Shown: positions 25,909-36,635 of the stretch, piece by piece
How positions within the stretch are numbered: position 1 is the stretch's first letter
Layout: each line of letters starts with the position of its first letter
Source: an uncultured Chloroflexia bacterium
GTDB lineage: Bacteria > Chloroflexota > Ktedonobacteria > Ktedonobacterales > JADMIN01
DNA length: 64,000 nucleotides
Assembly: GCA_963785845.1 (NCBI GenBank)
Contig: CAWAWP010000003.1
Location: 605,324 to 669,323, forward strand
Reading direction: 5' to 3'
Program-made: the position numbers and the translations under genes
The notes under the pieces: generated by a model
Told to the model about the DNA's origin: nothing
Databases searched by the model: none
The model's input: the letters and a program-made list of their open reading frames with translations, nothing else

Positions 25909-27096
25909 TCAGCCGAGGGCAACCGCGCCGGATGCGGCGAGCGCGTGGATCTCGTCGTCGCCGTAGCCGGCCTCGCGGAGCGCCTCTGCGGTATGTGCGC
26001 CGAGCGCTGGAACGCCTTCGCCCACGGGGAAAGGCACGTCGCTGATGCGCGGCGCGGTGCGCAACGCGCGGCCTGACGCTCCCTCGCCGATGAGGCCACG
26101 GGCGCGGACCTGTGGATCGGCCAGCGCTTCTTCCAGGGTGTTGACGGGGCCGAGGCAGACGTCGGCGTCGCCCAACTCCGCCAGCCACTCGTCGCGCGTC
26201 TTGGTGCGGAAGATTGCCGCGAGCTCGTCTTTGGTGCGCTGTCGCTCGGCGGCATCTAGCGGCAACTGGTGCGCGATGAGATCGGGGCGGTTCACGCGAC
26301 GGCAGAATTCTTCGAAGAACTTGGGCTCCAGCGCGCCGAGCGTCACGTAGTTGCCGTCGGCGGTCTCGTAGACGCCGTAGCCGGGGAGCGCGCCCGCGAG
26401 CCAGGCCTCGCCGGGCGCTGGCTCGGCATCGCCGCTCAGCACCAGCGACGCGAGGATCGGCAGCAGGGCGAGCGAGCCGTCGAGCATCGAGACATCGACG
26501 TAGCGACCGACGCCGTCCGATCGCTTGCCGAGCAGCGCGGCGAGGATGCCGACGACGGCCATTAGCGCACCGCCGGCAATGTCGGCGAACTGGGCGCCAG
26601 GGAGTGTCGGCGGCTGGCCGGGCGCGGTGAGATGCCGCAATAGGCCGGCATAGCCAATGTAGTTGAGGTCGTGTCCGGGGCGTTGGCTGTAGGGGCCGTC
26701 TTGCCCATAGCCGCTGAGCGAGCAGACGACCAGGCGTGGGCTGCGGGCATGCAGTGTCTCGTAGTCTAACCCGAGGCGCGCCATGACGCCGGGTCGGTAA
26801 CTTTCGATCAGCACGTCGGCGTGTTCGGCCATACGCAGCAGCGCCTCGCGAGCGGCGGGTTGCTTGAGGTTGAGCGCGGCGCTACGCTTGTTGCGATTGA
26901 CCGCGAGGAAGAACTGGCCGATGCCATCTTTCAGCGGCGGCATGCTGCGGGCGTAGTCGCCCAGGCCGGGTTCTTCGATCTTGAGCACGCTCGCACCGAG
27001 ATCGGCGAGCATCTGTGTGGCGTACGCGCCGGGGAGCAGGCGCGTGAGGTCGAGGATGCGTATGCCAGCGAGGGGCAGCGGGCGGGATGCGGCCAT
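25909..27096 (-). CDS. Family III CoA-transferase (CaiB/BaiF / alpha-methylacyl-CoA racemase-like)
   Basis: MAASRPLPLAGIRILDLTRLLPGAYATQMLADLGASVLKIEEPGLGDY. The length from ATG 27096 (395 aa) fits the family. The longer ORF to 27936 is an Arg-rich upstream extension that overlaps the divergent gene. Confidence 0.85.
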   Translation of the reverse strand: MAASRPLPLAGIRILDLTRLLPGAYATQMLADLGASVLKIEEPGLGDYARSMPPLKDGIGQFFLAVNRNKRSAALNLKQPAAREALLRMAEHADVLIESYRPGVMARLGLDYETLHARSPRLVVCSLSGYGQDGPYSQRPGHDLNYIGYAGLLRHLTAPGQPPTLPGAQFADIAGGALMAVVGILAALLGKRSDGVGRYVDVSMLDGSLALLPILASLVLSGDAEPAPGEAWLAGALPGYGVYETADGNYVTLGALEPKFFEEFCRRVNRPDLIAHQLPLDAAERQRTKDELAAIFRTKTRDEWLAELGDADVCLGPVNTLEEALADPQVRARGLIGEGASGRALRTAPRISDVPFPVGEGVPALGAHTAEALREAGYGDDEIHALAASGAVALG

Positions 27097-27327
27097 TGAC
27101 ACTCTCCATATGCTCGTTGGTGGCGGACGCGGCTCTGCGTTCGCGGGGACGGGATAGTTGGCGCGGTGACGTAGCGCAGTGCGTAGTGTACCCGTAGCGT
27201 GCCGACGGAGTATAGTCTCGCTAACGCGCTTGACGAGTGCGATGTCGTACCCTGGTGATGAGAGTTCATCGGGGGCGCGCTGCTCGCCGGTGGCGCGGCA
27301 GATTTCGGCGGGAACGGGAGGCAGGCG

Positions 27328-28845
27328 ATGGCTGTTGAGCATGTGGACGTGCTGATCGTCGGCGCGGGGCTTTCCGGCATTTCCGCCGCCTACTACGTGC
27401 AGACGCGCTGCCCGCAGAAGTCCTATGCGGTGATCGAGGCGCGCGACGCTATTGGCGGAACATGGGACCTCTTCCGCTACCCCGGCGTGCGCTCCGACTC
27501 GGATATGCATACACTCGGCTACTCCTTCCGACCCTGGCGTGAGGCAAAGGCCATCGCCGACGGCCCCGCGATCTTGCGGTATGTACGTGAGACGGCGGAG
27601 GCGTTCGGCATCGACCGCAAGATCCGCTTCAATACGCGGCTGCGGGAGGCGAATTGGCGCACTGAGGACGCGCGGTGGGAGGTGGAGGCGGAGTGTGGGG
27701 CCGAGGGCAGAAGGGTGTCGCTGACCTGCGGCTTCCTCTATATGTGTACGGGCTACTACGACTATGCGGAGGGCTATACGCCGGAGTGGCCGGGCATCGA
27801 ACGCTTCGGCGGGCGTCTGGTGCATCCGCAGCGGTGGCCGGAGGATCTGGACTATGCGGGCAAGCGTGTGGTGATCATCGGAAGCGGCGCGACGGCGGTG
27901 ACGCTGGCGCCGGCGCTGGCCGAGAGCGCCGCACACGTCACGATGGTGCAGCGCTCGCCAACGTACATCGTCGCGCGGCCCTCACAGGATCGCGTCGCCA
28001 ACCGACTTCATCGCGTATTGCCGTCGCGGCTGGCACACCGGCTGGTGCGGAGCAAGAACATTGCGCTGGGCATGTTCTTCTACTCGCTCGCCCGACGCAG
28101 ACCCGCAGGCGTGAAGCAGTCGATCCTCAAGATGGCGCGCGAGCAGCTTCCGCCAGGGTATGACGTCGAAAAGGACTTCTCGCCGCGCTACAACCCGTGG
28201 GATCAGCGGCTGTGCCTGGCACCGGACGGTGACTTCTTCGCCGCCATCAGAAAGGGCACGGTTTCCGTCGTCACCGGTACGATCGAGACGTTCACCGAGA
28301 CGGGTCTGAAGATGCGCTCCGGCGAGGAGGTGCCCGCCGAGGTGGTTATCACGGCGACGGGGCTGACTATGCGCCTGATGAGCGGCGTGCGCCTGAGCGT
28401 GGACGGCGTGGCAGTTGAGCCGGGGGCGACGCTGAGCTATCGGGGGACGATGACGAGCGGCGTGCCGAACCTCGCCGCCTCCTTCGGCTACACGAACGCT
28501 TCGTGGACGCTGAAATGCGAGCAGATCGCGCGCTACGTCTGTCGCCTGCTGAACTACATGGATCGCCACGGTTACGTCGAGTGTCTGCCGCAGCGACCGG
28601 AGGCGCCGATGGAGGAGCGGCCCGCGGTGAATCTGACGTCAGGCTATGTGCAGCGCGCTCTCGCCAGCCTGCCGCTGCAGGGCTCGCGTGCGCCGTGGCG
28701 GACGTATCAGAACTACGTGCAGGACATCGTCAATTTCCGCCTCTCGCGGCTGAATGACGGGGCGATGCGCTTTTGGCGGCGCGGCCATGCCGCGCCGGTG
28801 CCGGCGGCGCAAGGACAGACAGTGCGCACAGGAAGCGGACGATGA
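27328..28845 (+). CDS. FAD-dependent Baeyer-Villiger-type / flavin-containing monooxygenase (EthA-like)
   Basis: VDVLIVGAGLSGISAAYY (GxGxxG), GGTWDLFRYPGVRSDS, the BVMO fingerprint FGGRLVHPQRWP, and a second Rossmann block GKRVVIIGSGATAV. Confidence 0.85.
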   Translation: MAVEHVDVLIVGAGLSGISAAYYVQTRCPQKSYAVIEARDAIGGTWDLFRYPGVRSDSDMHTLGYSFRPWREAKAIADGPAILRYVRETAEAFGIDRKIRFNTRLREANWRTEDARWEVEAECGAEGRRVSLTCGFLYMCTGYYDYAEGYTPEWPGIERFGGRLVHPQRWPEDLDYAGKRVVIIGSGATAVTLAPALAESAAHVTMVQRSPTYIVARPSQDRVANRLHRVLPSRLAHRLVRSKNIALGMFFYSLARRRPAGVKQSILKMAREQLPPGYDVEKDFSPRYNPWDQRLCLAPDGDFFAAIRKGTVSVVTGTIETFTETGLKMRSGEEVPAEVVITATGLTMRLMSGVRLSVDGVAVEPGATLSYRGTMTSGVPNLAASFGYTNASWTLKCEQIARYVCRLLNYMDRHGYVECLPQRPEAPMEERPAVNLTSGYVQRALASLPLQGSRAPWRTYQNYVQDIVNFRLSRLNDGAMRFWRRGHAAPVPAAQGQTVRTGSGR

Positions 28846-29026
28846 AGCGGGCAAATCTGGTGAGGGAGGTTGAGGTCTACGCTGTGTGATGCGCTCGCGC
28901 GCACAAAGTGGCCGCCGCGCGGAAATGACTGGGCGAAGAGGTGCGAATGAGAACGCCAGGCGCTCCGCGGCGACGGCACGTCTCCGGTTATACACCCGAC
29001 TTCGAGGCGCGTCAAGCGATTGATGC

Positions 29027-30181
29027 TTACGGCGCGTTGCCGGGCGGGATCGAGGTCCAGGTCTGCGCCACGGCGCGTTGCTGAGCGAAGCCCCAGTCTA
29101 ATAGCGTCGTCGCGTCGGCGAAGCGCCAGAAGTATTCATTCGGATCGGGGGCCTGGAAGTCGCCATCGTGGAGTACGACACCGAGCAGATGGCCATAGGC
29201 GCGTGTCGCGGAGAAGACGAAGCAGTAGCCGGACGCCACTTCGGAGCCAGTCTTGATGCCGGTGACGCCATCGTAGGCGTAGGTGGTGAAGAGATCATTG
29301 GTGCTCAGCCAGTCGTACGCGCTATGCGTAGCGCTCGCGGCGAGTTTGTAGTCGTATGTGCCAACGATTTTGGCGAAGAGCGGCGACCGCATGGCGTAGG
29401 CGGCGAGGTGGGCGAGGTCGGCGGCGGTGGTGTAGAGACAGTTGGCGTCGTAGCCTTTGAGGGTCGCATAGTCGCAATTGGCGGCGTCGAGCCCGTGGAC
29501 GTCGGTATAGTGAGTTTGGGTGAGGCCGAGCAGCGTCGCTTCGGTGTTCATGAGCGTGACGAAGTTGGTCTGCGAACCGGCCACGCCGTCGGCGATGGCA
29601 ACGGCGGCATCGTCGCCCGACGGCAATAGCAGCGCGTAGAGCAGATCGCGGAGGGGGATTTTGTCGCCCTGTTTGAGGTAGGCGATGCTCGACCCAGCGG
29701 GCACTCCGACGGCGTCGGCACCAATGGTGATCGGCGCGTCAAGCTTGCCAAAGGTGAGTGCGACGATCGCCGTCATAATCTTGGTGGTGCTGGCCATCGC
29801 CACTTCTTGGTTCGCGTTGCGTGAGAGATACACTACGCCGGTGTTTGGGTTGAAGAGATAGGCGATGGGAGCATTGATGGCGGGGGGCTTCGGCGCGGCG
29901 GCAGGGGGCCGTGTTGGCGTGAGCGTGGCGGTAGCCGCCGGCTGCGCCGTGCGCGATGCGGCGGGCCGTATGACGCTGGAGGCGCCGTCGCAGCCGGCGA
30001 GCAGCAGCGCGAGCAGCGCAACCAGCGCATAGCATGCGCGCCTCGCCCGACTGCGACCCCTCACTGCATCACTCCCCTGTGCTGGCGGCTGAAACCACGC
30101 CCGGATGGCCCGCGAACATGCGGCTCGCAAACGCGGAGCAGCCGATGCGGCGTTTCGCGATGCCCTGCCGCATTGTAACAT
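29027..30181 (-). CDS. D-alanyl-D-alanine carboxypeptidase (S11 serine peptidase), lipoprotein-type signal
   Basis: Lipobox LLALLLAGCDG. Active-site motifs are SxxK (MASTTKIMTAIVAL), SGD (LLLPSGDDAAVAIA) and KTG (GIKTGSEVASGY). The start was chosen at ATG 30181; upstream ORF sequence is Arg/His-rich nonsense. Confidence 0.8.
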   Translation of the reverse strand: MLQCGRASRNAASAAPRLRAACSRAIRAWFQPPAQGSDAVRGRSRARRACYALVALLALLLAGCDGASSVIRPAASRTAQPAATATLTPTRPPAAAPKPPAINAPIAYLFNPNTGVVYLSRNANQEVAMASTTKIMTAIVALTFGKLDAPITIGADAVGVPAGSSIAYLKQGDKIPLRDLLYALLLPSGDDAAVAIADGVAGSQTNFVTLMNTEATLLGLTQTHYTDVHGLDAANCDYATLKGYDANCLYTTAADLAHLAAYAMRSPLFAKIVGTYDYKLAASATHSAYDWLSTNDLFTTYAYDGVTGIKTGSEVASGYCFVFSATRAYGHLLGVVLHDGDFQAPDPNEYFWRFADATTLLDWGFAQQRAVAQTWTSIPPGNAP

Positions 30182-30291
30182 GGCGTGGAGCGGGCAAGCA
30201 TGACGTGGCTCACAGTTGGCCCAGCGCTCGGCTTGGCTGAATGGTCTCTGGCGGGCGACGACGGCTGACGCGTGGCGGTGTGTGGGGCAGG

Positions 30292-31395
30292 TTATGGGCG
30301 CACGGCTGAGATGCAGGCCATGGGCACGGTCATGATCAGTTCGCCACCTGAGGCATGCATGCGCGCGGTGAGTCGCCGCTCGACTTCGTTGAAGACCAAC
30401 CGCCGCACGGTGGGGTCGGGGACGATGCCGCGCCAACTCGGCATGTAGGTGGTTTGGATCAGTGGTGAGCCGAGGAAGGTTTTGGGATCGGGGAAGCGCA
30501 GGGTGAAGGAGTCGGTGACGACACGACGCACCTCGAATCCCGCACGCTCAATGGTTGCCCGCGCCTGGTCTGTGGTGGGACGCGAGGCGGTCAACTGGGC
30601 GAAGGCGCGGACGGCGTCATCGAGTTTGAGGTCGCGGAGCGTCAGATAGTAGGTGTCGAGGAATTCGCGAAGTGCCGACTGCAGCGGCAATGTCGTCAAG
30701 AACTGCCCGCCGGGACGCAGCAGGCGCCAGATCGCGCCGAGCGCCGCCGTGCGGTCGGCAAAGCTCTGGAGGCCAAGGTTGCAGGTGATGGTGTCGAAGG
30801 TTCGCTCCGGCAGGCCGCTCGTGCTGACGTCGGCGACGAGGAAGCTGACGTTACGCAGCCACCCTTCTTGGGCGCGTCGGCGCGCGAACTGGATCGCCTC
30901 CTCCCAGACGTCGATGCCGGCGATGTCGCAATCAGCGCCGAGGAAACGCGCGATCTCCAGCGTTGGGTAGCCGGTGCCGCAAGCGACATCGAGCACCTGC
31001 CAGCCGCTATCACGCGGGAGGGTGAGGAAGACGCTGAGGAGCAATCGCCCGAATGGTGCGGACCACTGCGGGACGATTACGGCGTCTTGCAGTTCGACGA
31101 AGCCGGGATCGGTCGATTCGTAGTTCGCGGTGAGGTAGTCTTCGCCGACGGTGCGGGCGCTGGCGGCGAGCCCGGCGGGGCCAAGTACGCCACCAGCGGC
31201 GGACGCGTGTTGGCGCCCGGTTGGCGATGGGAGGTCGATCACTGGCTCGCGGGGCAGGTCGAGGTCGCGTAGCGCGCGGACGTGCCCGGTGTAGCCGCGA
31301 CGCGCGCGGTTGGGGTCCCAATCGGACCAGTCGTCGTCGTCATCGGGGCCGCCGAGGGAGCCGGGAGGAGGATAGCGGCCATCGCGAAAGGACAT
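30292..31395 (-). CDS. Class I SAM-dependent methyltransferase with disordered N-terminal region
   Basis: GGAGGA RBS before ATG 31395. Motif I is VLDVACGTGYPTLEIARFLG, followed by post-I DIAGIDVWEEAI and FLVADV...FDTITCN...LLRPGGQF. Confidence 0.8.
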   Translation of the reverse strand: MSFRDGRYPPPGSLGGPDDDDDWSDWDPNRARRGYTGHVRALRDLDLPREPVIDLPSPTGRQHASAAGGVLGPAGLAASARTVGEDYLTANYESTDPGFVELQDAVIVPQWSAPFGRLLLSVFLTLPRDSGWQVLDVACGTGYPTLEIARFLGADCDIAGIDVWEEAIQFARRRAQEGWLRNVSFLVADVSTSGLPERTFDTITCNLGLQSFADRTAALGAIWRLLRPGGQFLTTLPLQSALREFLDTYYLTLRDLKLDDAVRAFAQLTASRPTTDQARATIERAGFEVRRVVTDSFTLRFPDPKTFLGSPLIQTTYMPSWRGIVPDPTVRRLVFNEVERRLTARMHASGGELIMTVPMACISAVRP

Positions 31396-31573
31396 GCCGT
31401 TCCTCCAATGTGTACTGGCTCCACTGCCTGCTGCTGCTGCCCGGCCTGACGGGGGCGGCTTAGCTCGGCCTCCGCGCGGACGGCGCATCTGAAGGCGCTC
31501 GCATTGTGCAGTGTACACCCCTCGGGCTAGCGCTTGCGCTCCTGCTACGGCGGGTTCCGCGATAGGTATTCCG

Positions 31574-32734
31574 CTAGGCGACGTCGTGCGGATCGACCCA
31601 GGCGATGGTTGGTGGCAGCGACGCATGCTGCGTGGGTGACGGCGAACCGCTCGGCGTCGTCGTCCCGTTCGGCGTGCCGGTGCCGGGCGTTCCGGGGGTG
31701 CCGCTGGGCACTGGGGTCGGCTCGAAGACGGCGAAATAGATCGTGGCGGCTAGCGCGGGGTCTTTGGGATCGTTGCCATTGTCGTTCGCCGGGCGGTCCA
31801 CGTAGACTTTGACATGATAGTTCCCCGGTTGTGGGATCTTCGAGCCGAAGCGTAGTTCCTGCGCTCCGCCGGGGCCGAGGGTCTTGGAGACCCCATTGGT
31901 TAGGTTGATGTCGAGGTCATCGATAAACCAACGCACCGAGATGGTGTGCGAATCTCCAGCGGAGATCGCCTCAACACGCATGGTAACCCAGACCACATCG
32001 TCCTTGGTGAAGCGCGAGGTGAGCCCGACGGGAAGCCCGGTGCCGGGGTCGTAGCTTTTCGAGGTGACGACATTCTTGACCAGCGCGGCCTGCGCTCCGG
32101 GGGTCGCCACGGGCGTTACGGGCACGTTGGCGGTCGAGACGAAGACCGGCCTGGGTGTGCCGCTGACTGGGCCGGTGATCAGGCCGAGGATCGTGTTTCT
32201 GCCGAGGAGGCCGGCCAGCGCGCAACTGGCGATGCAGACGAGCATCACGCTGAGGACGCCGCTGGTGACGCGCCAGGTGCCGAGCTTGCGCTTGCGCTCG
32301 CCGGTGGCGGGGATGTAGACCGGGCGGCGGATGCCGAGTGCGCGCTCCTCTTCGTCAGTCTGCGGCATGCCGGGGAGCGCGGGCACGCCTCCGCTCATCC
32401 CTCCCATCGCGGAGGGGTCCATTGGGAGCATGTCGTCTTGGACGGGGACAAGCGCCTGCCCGAGGTCGACGTCATCATAGTCTTGCCTGGCGCCGCGGCG
32501 GTTGCGCCCGCTCGAGCGCGAGGGAGGCTGTTCTTCGTAGCCGCCCTCGTCCCAGCCGCCGCGTTGCAGATTGGCGCCGGAGCCACGCTGACCACGGCTG
32601 GAGGGTGACCCTTCGGCGGGGCCCTGGTTATCGCGCCATTGGCGCATGGAAGAGTATGTGCCAGGAGGCGGTGCGCCGCAGTTCGGGCAGGGTCCGGTAC
32701 GAGACCGGCGAGCTCCACATTGGTCGCACTGCAT
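31574..32734 (-). CDS. Zinc-ribbon / disordered / single-TM / extracytoplasmic beta-rich domain protein (hypothetical)
   Basis: AGAGGAG RBS before ATG 32734. MQCDQCGARRSRTGPCPNCGAPP, TM helix VTSGVLSVMLVCIASCALAGLLG, and a C-terminal domain followed by a Pro/Thr/Gly-rich tail. Confidence 0.65.
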   Translation of the reverse strand: MQCDQCGARRSRTGPCPNCGAPPPGTYSSMRQWRDNQGPAEGSPSSRGQRGSGANLQRGGWDEGGYEEQPPSRSSGRNRRGARQDYDDVDLGQALVPVQDDMLPMDPSAMGGMSGGVPALPGMPQTDEEERALGIRRPVYIPATGERKRKLGTWRVTSGVLSVMLVCIASCALAGLLGRNTILGLITGPVSGTPRPVFVSTANVPVTPVATPGAQAALVKNVVTSKSYDPGTGLPVGLTSRFTKDDVVWVTMRVEAISAGDSHTISVRWFIDDLDINLTNGVSKTLGPGGAQELRFGSKIPQPGNYHVKVYVDRPANDNGNDPKDPALAATIYFAVFEPTPVPSGTPGTPGTGTPNGTTTPSGSPSPTQHASLPPTIAWVDPHDVA

Positions 32735-33103
32735 GAAACAGACTCCTCTATACCTGTGCGGGTATCGTGCATCGTGGGAGTGGGCGTCAAGCGCGCCGCG
32801 TCGCATTGTATCCCACATGATACTCAGTGAAAACCACACGGTATTGATGTGTAGGAGGAAGGTAAGGGAGCCACATGCTGAATGTGGCCGACGAGCGCGC
32901 GGGCAAATGCCGGCCACGACATAGGTGTGTGGCGAAGAGCAGCAGACCTGCGGTGGACGGTGGCGGGCATTACCAGTCGCCGCTACGGTGTGGGGCGAGC
33001 GCCGTGCGCATGGCACCGGGACGTCGACGGCGACGTTGCCGCCTGAGAAGGCGCGTGCTACGATATCGGCCACCGACGAGAACGGCGAGCGAGGAGGCTC
33101 GGG

Positions 33104-33322
33104 ATGACGGAGTCACAGCAGTACTGGCTCGACCATCAAGCCATCGAGCGGCTCGCGCAGCACATCCCCTTCGAGACGGATCCGCAGACGAAGGCCGAGT
33201 GCATCGAGATGTTGCGCGGGCTGGTGCTGCGCTCCGGCCACCTAATGTGTCGCAACGACTTTGGGTTCGAGGCGCAACAAGAGCTGCAGCGGCTGGGCCT
33301 CTGGAATCGGCTGGCGCGCTAA
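33104..33322 (+). CDS. Small hypothetical protein (72 aa)
   Basis: GAGGAGG RBS 6-7 nt upstream of ATG 33104. The composition is balanced and not Arg-skewed (MTESQQYWLDHQAIERLAQHIPFETDPQTKAECIEMLRGL...). No family was recognised. Confidence 0.5.
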   Translation: MTESQQYWLDHQAIERLAQHIPFETDPQTKAECIEMLRGLVLRSGHLMCRNDFGFEAQQELQRLGLWNRLAR

Positions 33323-33466
33323 GCGTGGACCCGCGTGTGGATGCTCCCACGGCGGACCCAGCCACTACTTAACCCGCGTGCGCACGAAGATTTCCTCGCA
33401 ATGGGTGGCCTTTCGTCTGCCGCTCGAACGCCACGCGGGCTGCGAATCCCCTGCGTGAAGGTGCGC

Positions 33467-36001
33467 TTATCCCAGCGACCAGCCGTTCGCGCCGCCGGAG
33501 AGATCGATGGTCCCGGACGATTCGACGCGCACGATGGACGCTTGCAAGCGCGAGGAGGCGTTGGCGTCGGTGTCCCAGTCGTCCGCCGCGGCACGGCGCG
33601 CGGCGAGCGAACCCGGCGCGACCGGCGCGGAGGTAATCACTATTAGCTTGGCGTGGGTGCGCGCGAGCACCGCGCCCAGCGGACCGCTGAGGTCGAGCGC
33701 GCCGCCGGACGGGAGCGCAAGCTCGACGATATCGGCGGTCAGCGACTGGCCCGAGTAGGCCAGCGCGTCGAGTGCGTAGTCGTCCGCCGCGCCGAGCAGG
33801 AGGGCGCGCAGGCCGGGTGTCTCCAACCGCAGGATGGCGTCGTCGCTGGCCGTAGTGTCGCCCTCGCCCGAGGGGAAGAGCGTTTGCGGCGGCGAAAGGA
33901 GGTTCAGCGTCGTCGTCGCATCGAGGCGCAGTGCGTCTCCCTGGCGTATCTGCGCATGGGTCGCGCCCGCTCGCTTGGCGGCGTCGAGCCAGGCGAGATA
34001 CTCCACGCTCGGCTGGCGCATTCCCGTGTCTGCCGCGTTGGCGAGCGTGAAATGCGCCGCGGCGTCCTCTAGCCCGCGCGCGTCGCCGGGGCGCGGATCG
34101 CGCAGCAGCGCCAGATCGAGCGAGCGCCGCCAGAAAGGTACGAGCGGATTCAGCGCCGCCTCCAGCGCCGAACCCGACGGCCCGCCGTCGATCAGCGCCG
34201 TCGCGCCAGAGGGCAGCCGCAGGAAGATCGCGCCGCCACCCGCGCCAACGTCGAGGAAGTCGAGGTGCGCCGCGCGATCCGTCGCGGCTGGAGCGGCGGC
34301 GCCAAGCGCGCCAAAGAGCGCCACGGCGAGCAATGCCACGAGCACGCTACGGGAGAGCCGCAGATGGCTCACGGGCGGCTGAGGCGCCGGCGGGGCGACC
34401 CCGCGAGTGGCGGCACGCCTCGGCAGCAGCGGCCCCAGCCAGGCGAGTATGCCTGCCAACGCGACGTAGTAGGCCCAGGCGACCAACGCGGAGAGGTCGG
34501 GCACGGCAAGCGCGGCGGCGGGCAGGTTCGCGCAGATCGCGATCGCTGTGTCCATGAACCAGAGCAGCGGCCAGAGCACCCAGCCGATCGCCAGGCTCAA
34601 TGCCAAGCCCAGCGCGGCGGGGAGCAGGCCGACTCCGGCGAGCAGCGCACCGAGGACGAGCACCGGTGCGAGCAGCGGCACCGCCAGCAGATTGGCGAGC
34701 GGCGCGACGAGCGACACCTCATGGAAGGTCAGCGCGAGCACGGGCAGCGTGGCGATCTGCGCGGCGAGTGTTACCGCCAGCAGTTCCGCAACGACGGCGC
34801 CGAGCGGTAGCCGGCCCAGCACCCGCGCGAGCCGCCGCTGGATTGGTGGGACGAGCAGAGGTAGGCCCATGGTCGCGAGCACCGTCAGCTGGAAGCCGGC
34901 GTCGTCGATCAACGCGGGCTGGATCGCCGTCATCGCCAGTGTGGCCAGCGCCAGCGCGGAAAAGACGTTGTAGCCACGTGCCAGCGCCGGGGCCAGCGCC
35001 AGCAGCGCGCCCATGATTGCCGCGCGCAGGGCGGCGGGTCCGCCTCCGCCGAGAGCGGCATAGATGGCGACGGCACCGAGCGAGGCGATGGTGCGCGGCC
35101 AGCGCCCCAAGGGGCGGAACGCGGTAGAGGCGAGTTCGGCCAGCGTGGCGACCTTCAACCCCGCGGGGACGACGAGATGGATCGTTCCGGTCGCCGTGAA
35201 GAGCGGGAGCCGTGCCCGCAACACTGGCGTCTTTAGCCCAAGCAGGATGCCGATGAGCAGCGCCGCCTCGGGTTCGGGCAGCGCGTGCTGGATGATCTGG
35301 GCGAGTCGCAGCCGCAGATCGAAGAGCGCCGCCAGCAACGGATTGCCGCCGCCTTGGGAGATCACCGTCGCGCGGACGCTGGTGAGTCGCGCGATCACCC
35401 CTGCTGGGGCGTAGGTGTCGCCGATCGGCAGCAGCGTGCCCGTCAGCGTGACGCCATCGCCGTAGGAGGGCGCGTAGTAGTCATCGGGTCCAGCGACGAA
35501 TGCCTCGACATCGCCGGTCGCGGACTGCCAGGTCTTGCCACCATCGAAGCTCACCGCGCTTGTCGCGACGGTGAGCAGGCGCGCGCCATCACGGAGATCG
35601 GGTTCGGCGTCGACAATTCCCTGCACCCGCGCCTGCTGGCCCGCGGCGTACCGCGAGATCGCGTGTGGGTCCGTGGTGGGATCTGCCGCAGCGGTGCGGG
35701 CGGCTCCGAGTGCGAGCCAGAACACCAACATGCCAGCGACCAGCAGCCAGCGCATCGGACGGGGCGCGTCGCCTGTAGCGATCGCAGCGGCGCGACGCGA
35801 GAGTATCCTCCCGCCGAGCCAGACGGCGAGCGCCACCACGGCGAGACCCAGCCACATTGCCGGAGCGAACGCCACGAGGGGACCGAGCGGACGCAGCGCG
35901 ATGCCGGCGAGCCATGCCGCGGTGCAGGCTACTAACGCATAGCCGCCGAAGAGCGGCGTCGCGATCCTGGGAGGCGCGGTGCGCGTGGTGGGCGCGGACA
36001 C
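33467..36001 (-). CDS. comEC: ComEC/Rec2 DNA internalisation channel protein with C-terminal metallo-beta-lactamase-like domain
   Basis: AGGTGG RBS before GTG 36001. An N-terminal TM/OB region is followed by a polytopic competence domain (GTIHLVVPAGLKVATLA...GGGPAALRAAIMG...) and a C-terminal block (HLDFLDVGAGGGAIFLRLPSGATALIDGG...). Confidence 0.85.
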   Translation of the reverse strand: MSAPTTRTAPPRIATPLFGGYALVACTAAWLAGIALRPLGPLVAFAPAMWLGLAVVALAVWLGGRILSRRAAAIATGDAPRPMRWLLVAGMLVFWLALGAARTAAADPTTDPHAISRYAAGQQARVQGIVDAEPDLRDGARLLTVATSAVSFDGGKTWQSATGDVEAFVAGPDDYYAPSYGDGVTLTGTLLPIGDTYAPAGVIARLTSVRATVISQGGGNPLLAALFDLRLRLAQIIQHALPEPEAALLIGILLGLKTPVLRARLPLFTATGTIHLVVPAGLKVATLAELASTAFRPLGRWPRTIASLGAVAIYAALGGGGPAALRAAIMGALLALAPALARGYNVFSALALATLAMTAIQPALIDDAGFQLTVLATMGLPLLVPPIQRRLARVLGRLPLGAVVAELLAVTLAAQIATLPVLALTFHEVSLVAPLANLLAVPLLAPVLVLGALLAGVGLLPAALGLALSLAIGWVLWPLLWFMDTAIAICANLPAAALAVPDLSALVAWAYYVALAGILAWLGPLLPRRAATRGVAPPAPQPPVSHLRLSRSVLVALLAVALFGALGAAAPAATDRAAHLDFLDVGAGGGAIFLRLPSGATALIDGGPSGSALEAALNPLVPFWRRSLDLALLRDPRPGDARGLEDAAAHFTLANAADTGMRQPSVEYLAWLDAAKRAGATHAQIRQGDALRLDATTTLNLLSPPQTLFPSGEGDTTASDDAILRLETPGLRALLLGAADDYALDALAYSGQSLTADIVELALPSGGALDLSGPLGAVLARTHAKLIVITSAPVAPGSLAARRAAADDWDTDANASSRLQASIVRVESSGTIDLSGGANGWSLG

Positions 36002-36635
36002 AGTTGAGCCACCTGCCTGAAATGCTGCAAAATCAGCGTGCGGTCAGCAGCCGCCCAACTATAGCAAAGAGCCGCGGGGTTGCCCATCCCTTCAAGTCTG
36101 TGGCGCGCTGCTGGCGGCTACCAGCGGTCCCGCATTGGCGCCCAGGGTGGGGCCAAGCCATGCTTTCGATGCCACTGCCGCAGAGGATGATCTGGCTGAG
36201 TGGGGCTTGCTCAAACACGAACTCGCGCCGGCACCTGGTGCCGTGCTCTCCTCCACGCCACACACCATCTCCGCTAGATCGTCCTCATGCGCACTCTGCT
36301 GGATGGCTGTGAACGCGAGACAGCGAGTCGAGCCTACGTGTGTTCGCGCAGCGACAAGCGAGCATGCGGAGTGTAAGACGACACGCGAGTTGCCGCCGAG
36401 TCACGCTGGAAAAACGGTCGAGACGCTTAGGCGACTGTTACGTTCGCTACTGAGCAACTCCGGGCAGGTGCGTGCCCACCACCGTGACTACTCTGTGATG
36501 CCACCAGCGACAGCCAGACACGCACTTCTCATCTCCTTTCAACAAATCGTCGCTATCATTCAGTCTTGTTACCATTTGAGATCGGCTGTGGCCGAGGATG
36601 CTCACGCGCAATCGTTCGCAGGGGATGTGGCTGGC

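Noticed and set aside
27097-27936. 280-aa N-terminal extension of the CoA-transferase ORF (ORF track 25909-27936).
   Set aside because: The extension is Arg/His/Pro-rich nonsense and runs antisense through the start of the divergent monooxygenase gene. The family-typical N-terminus (MAASRPLPLAGIRILDLT) begins at ATG 27096.
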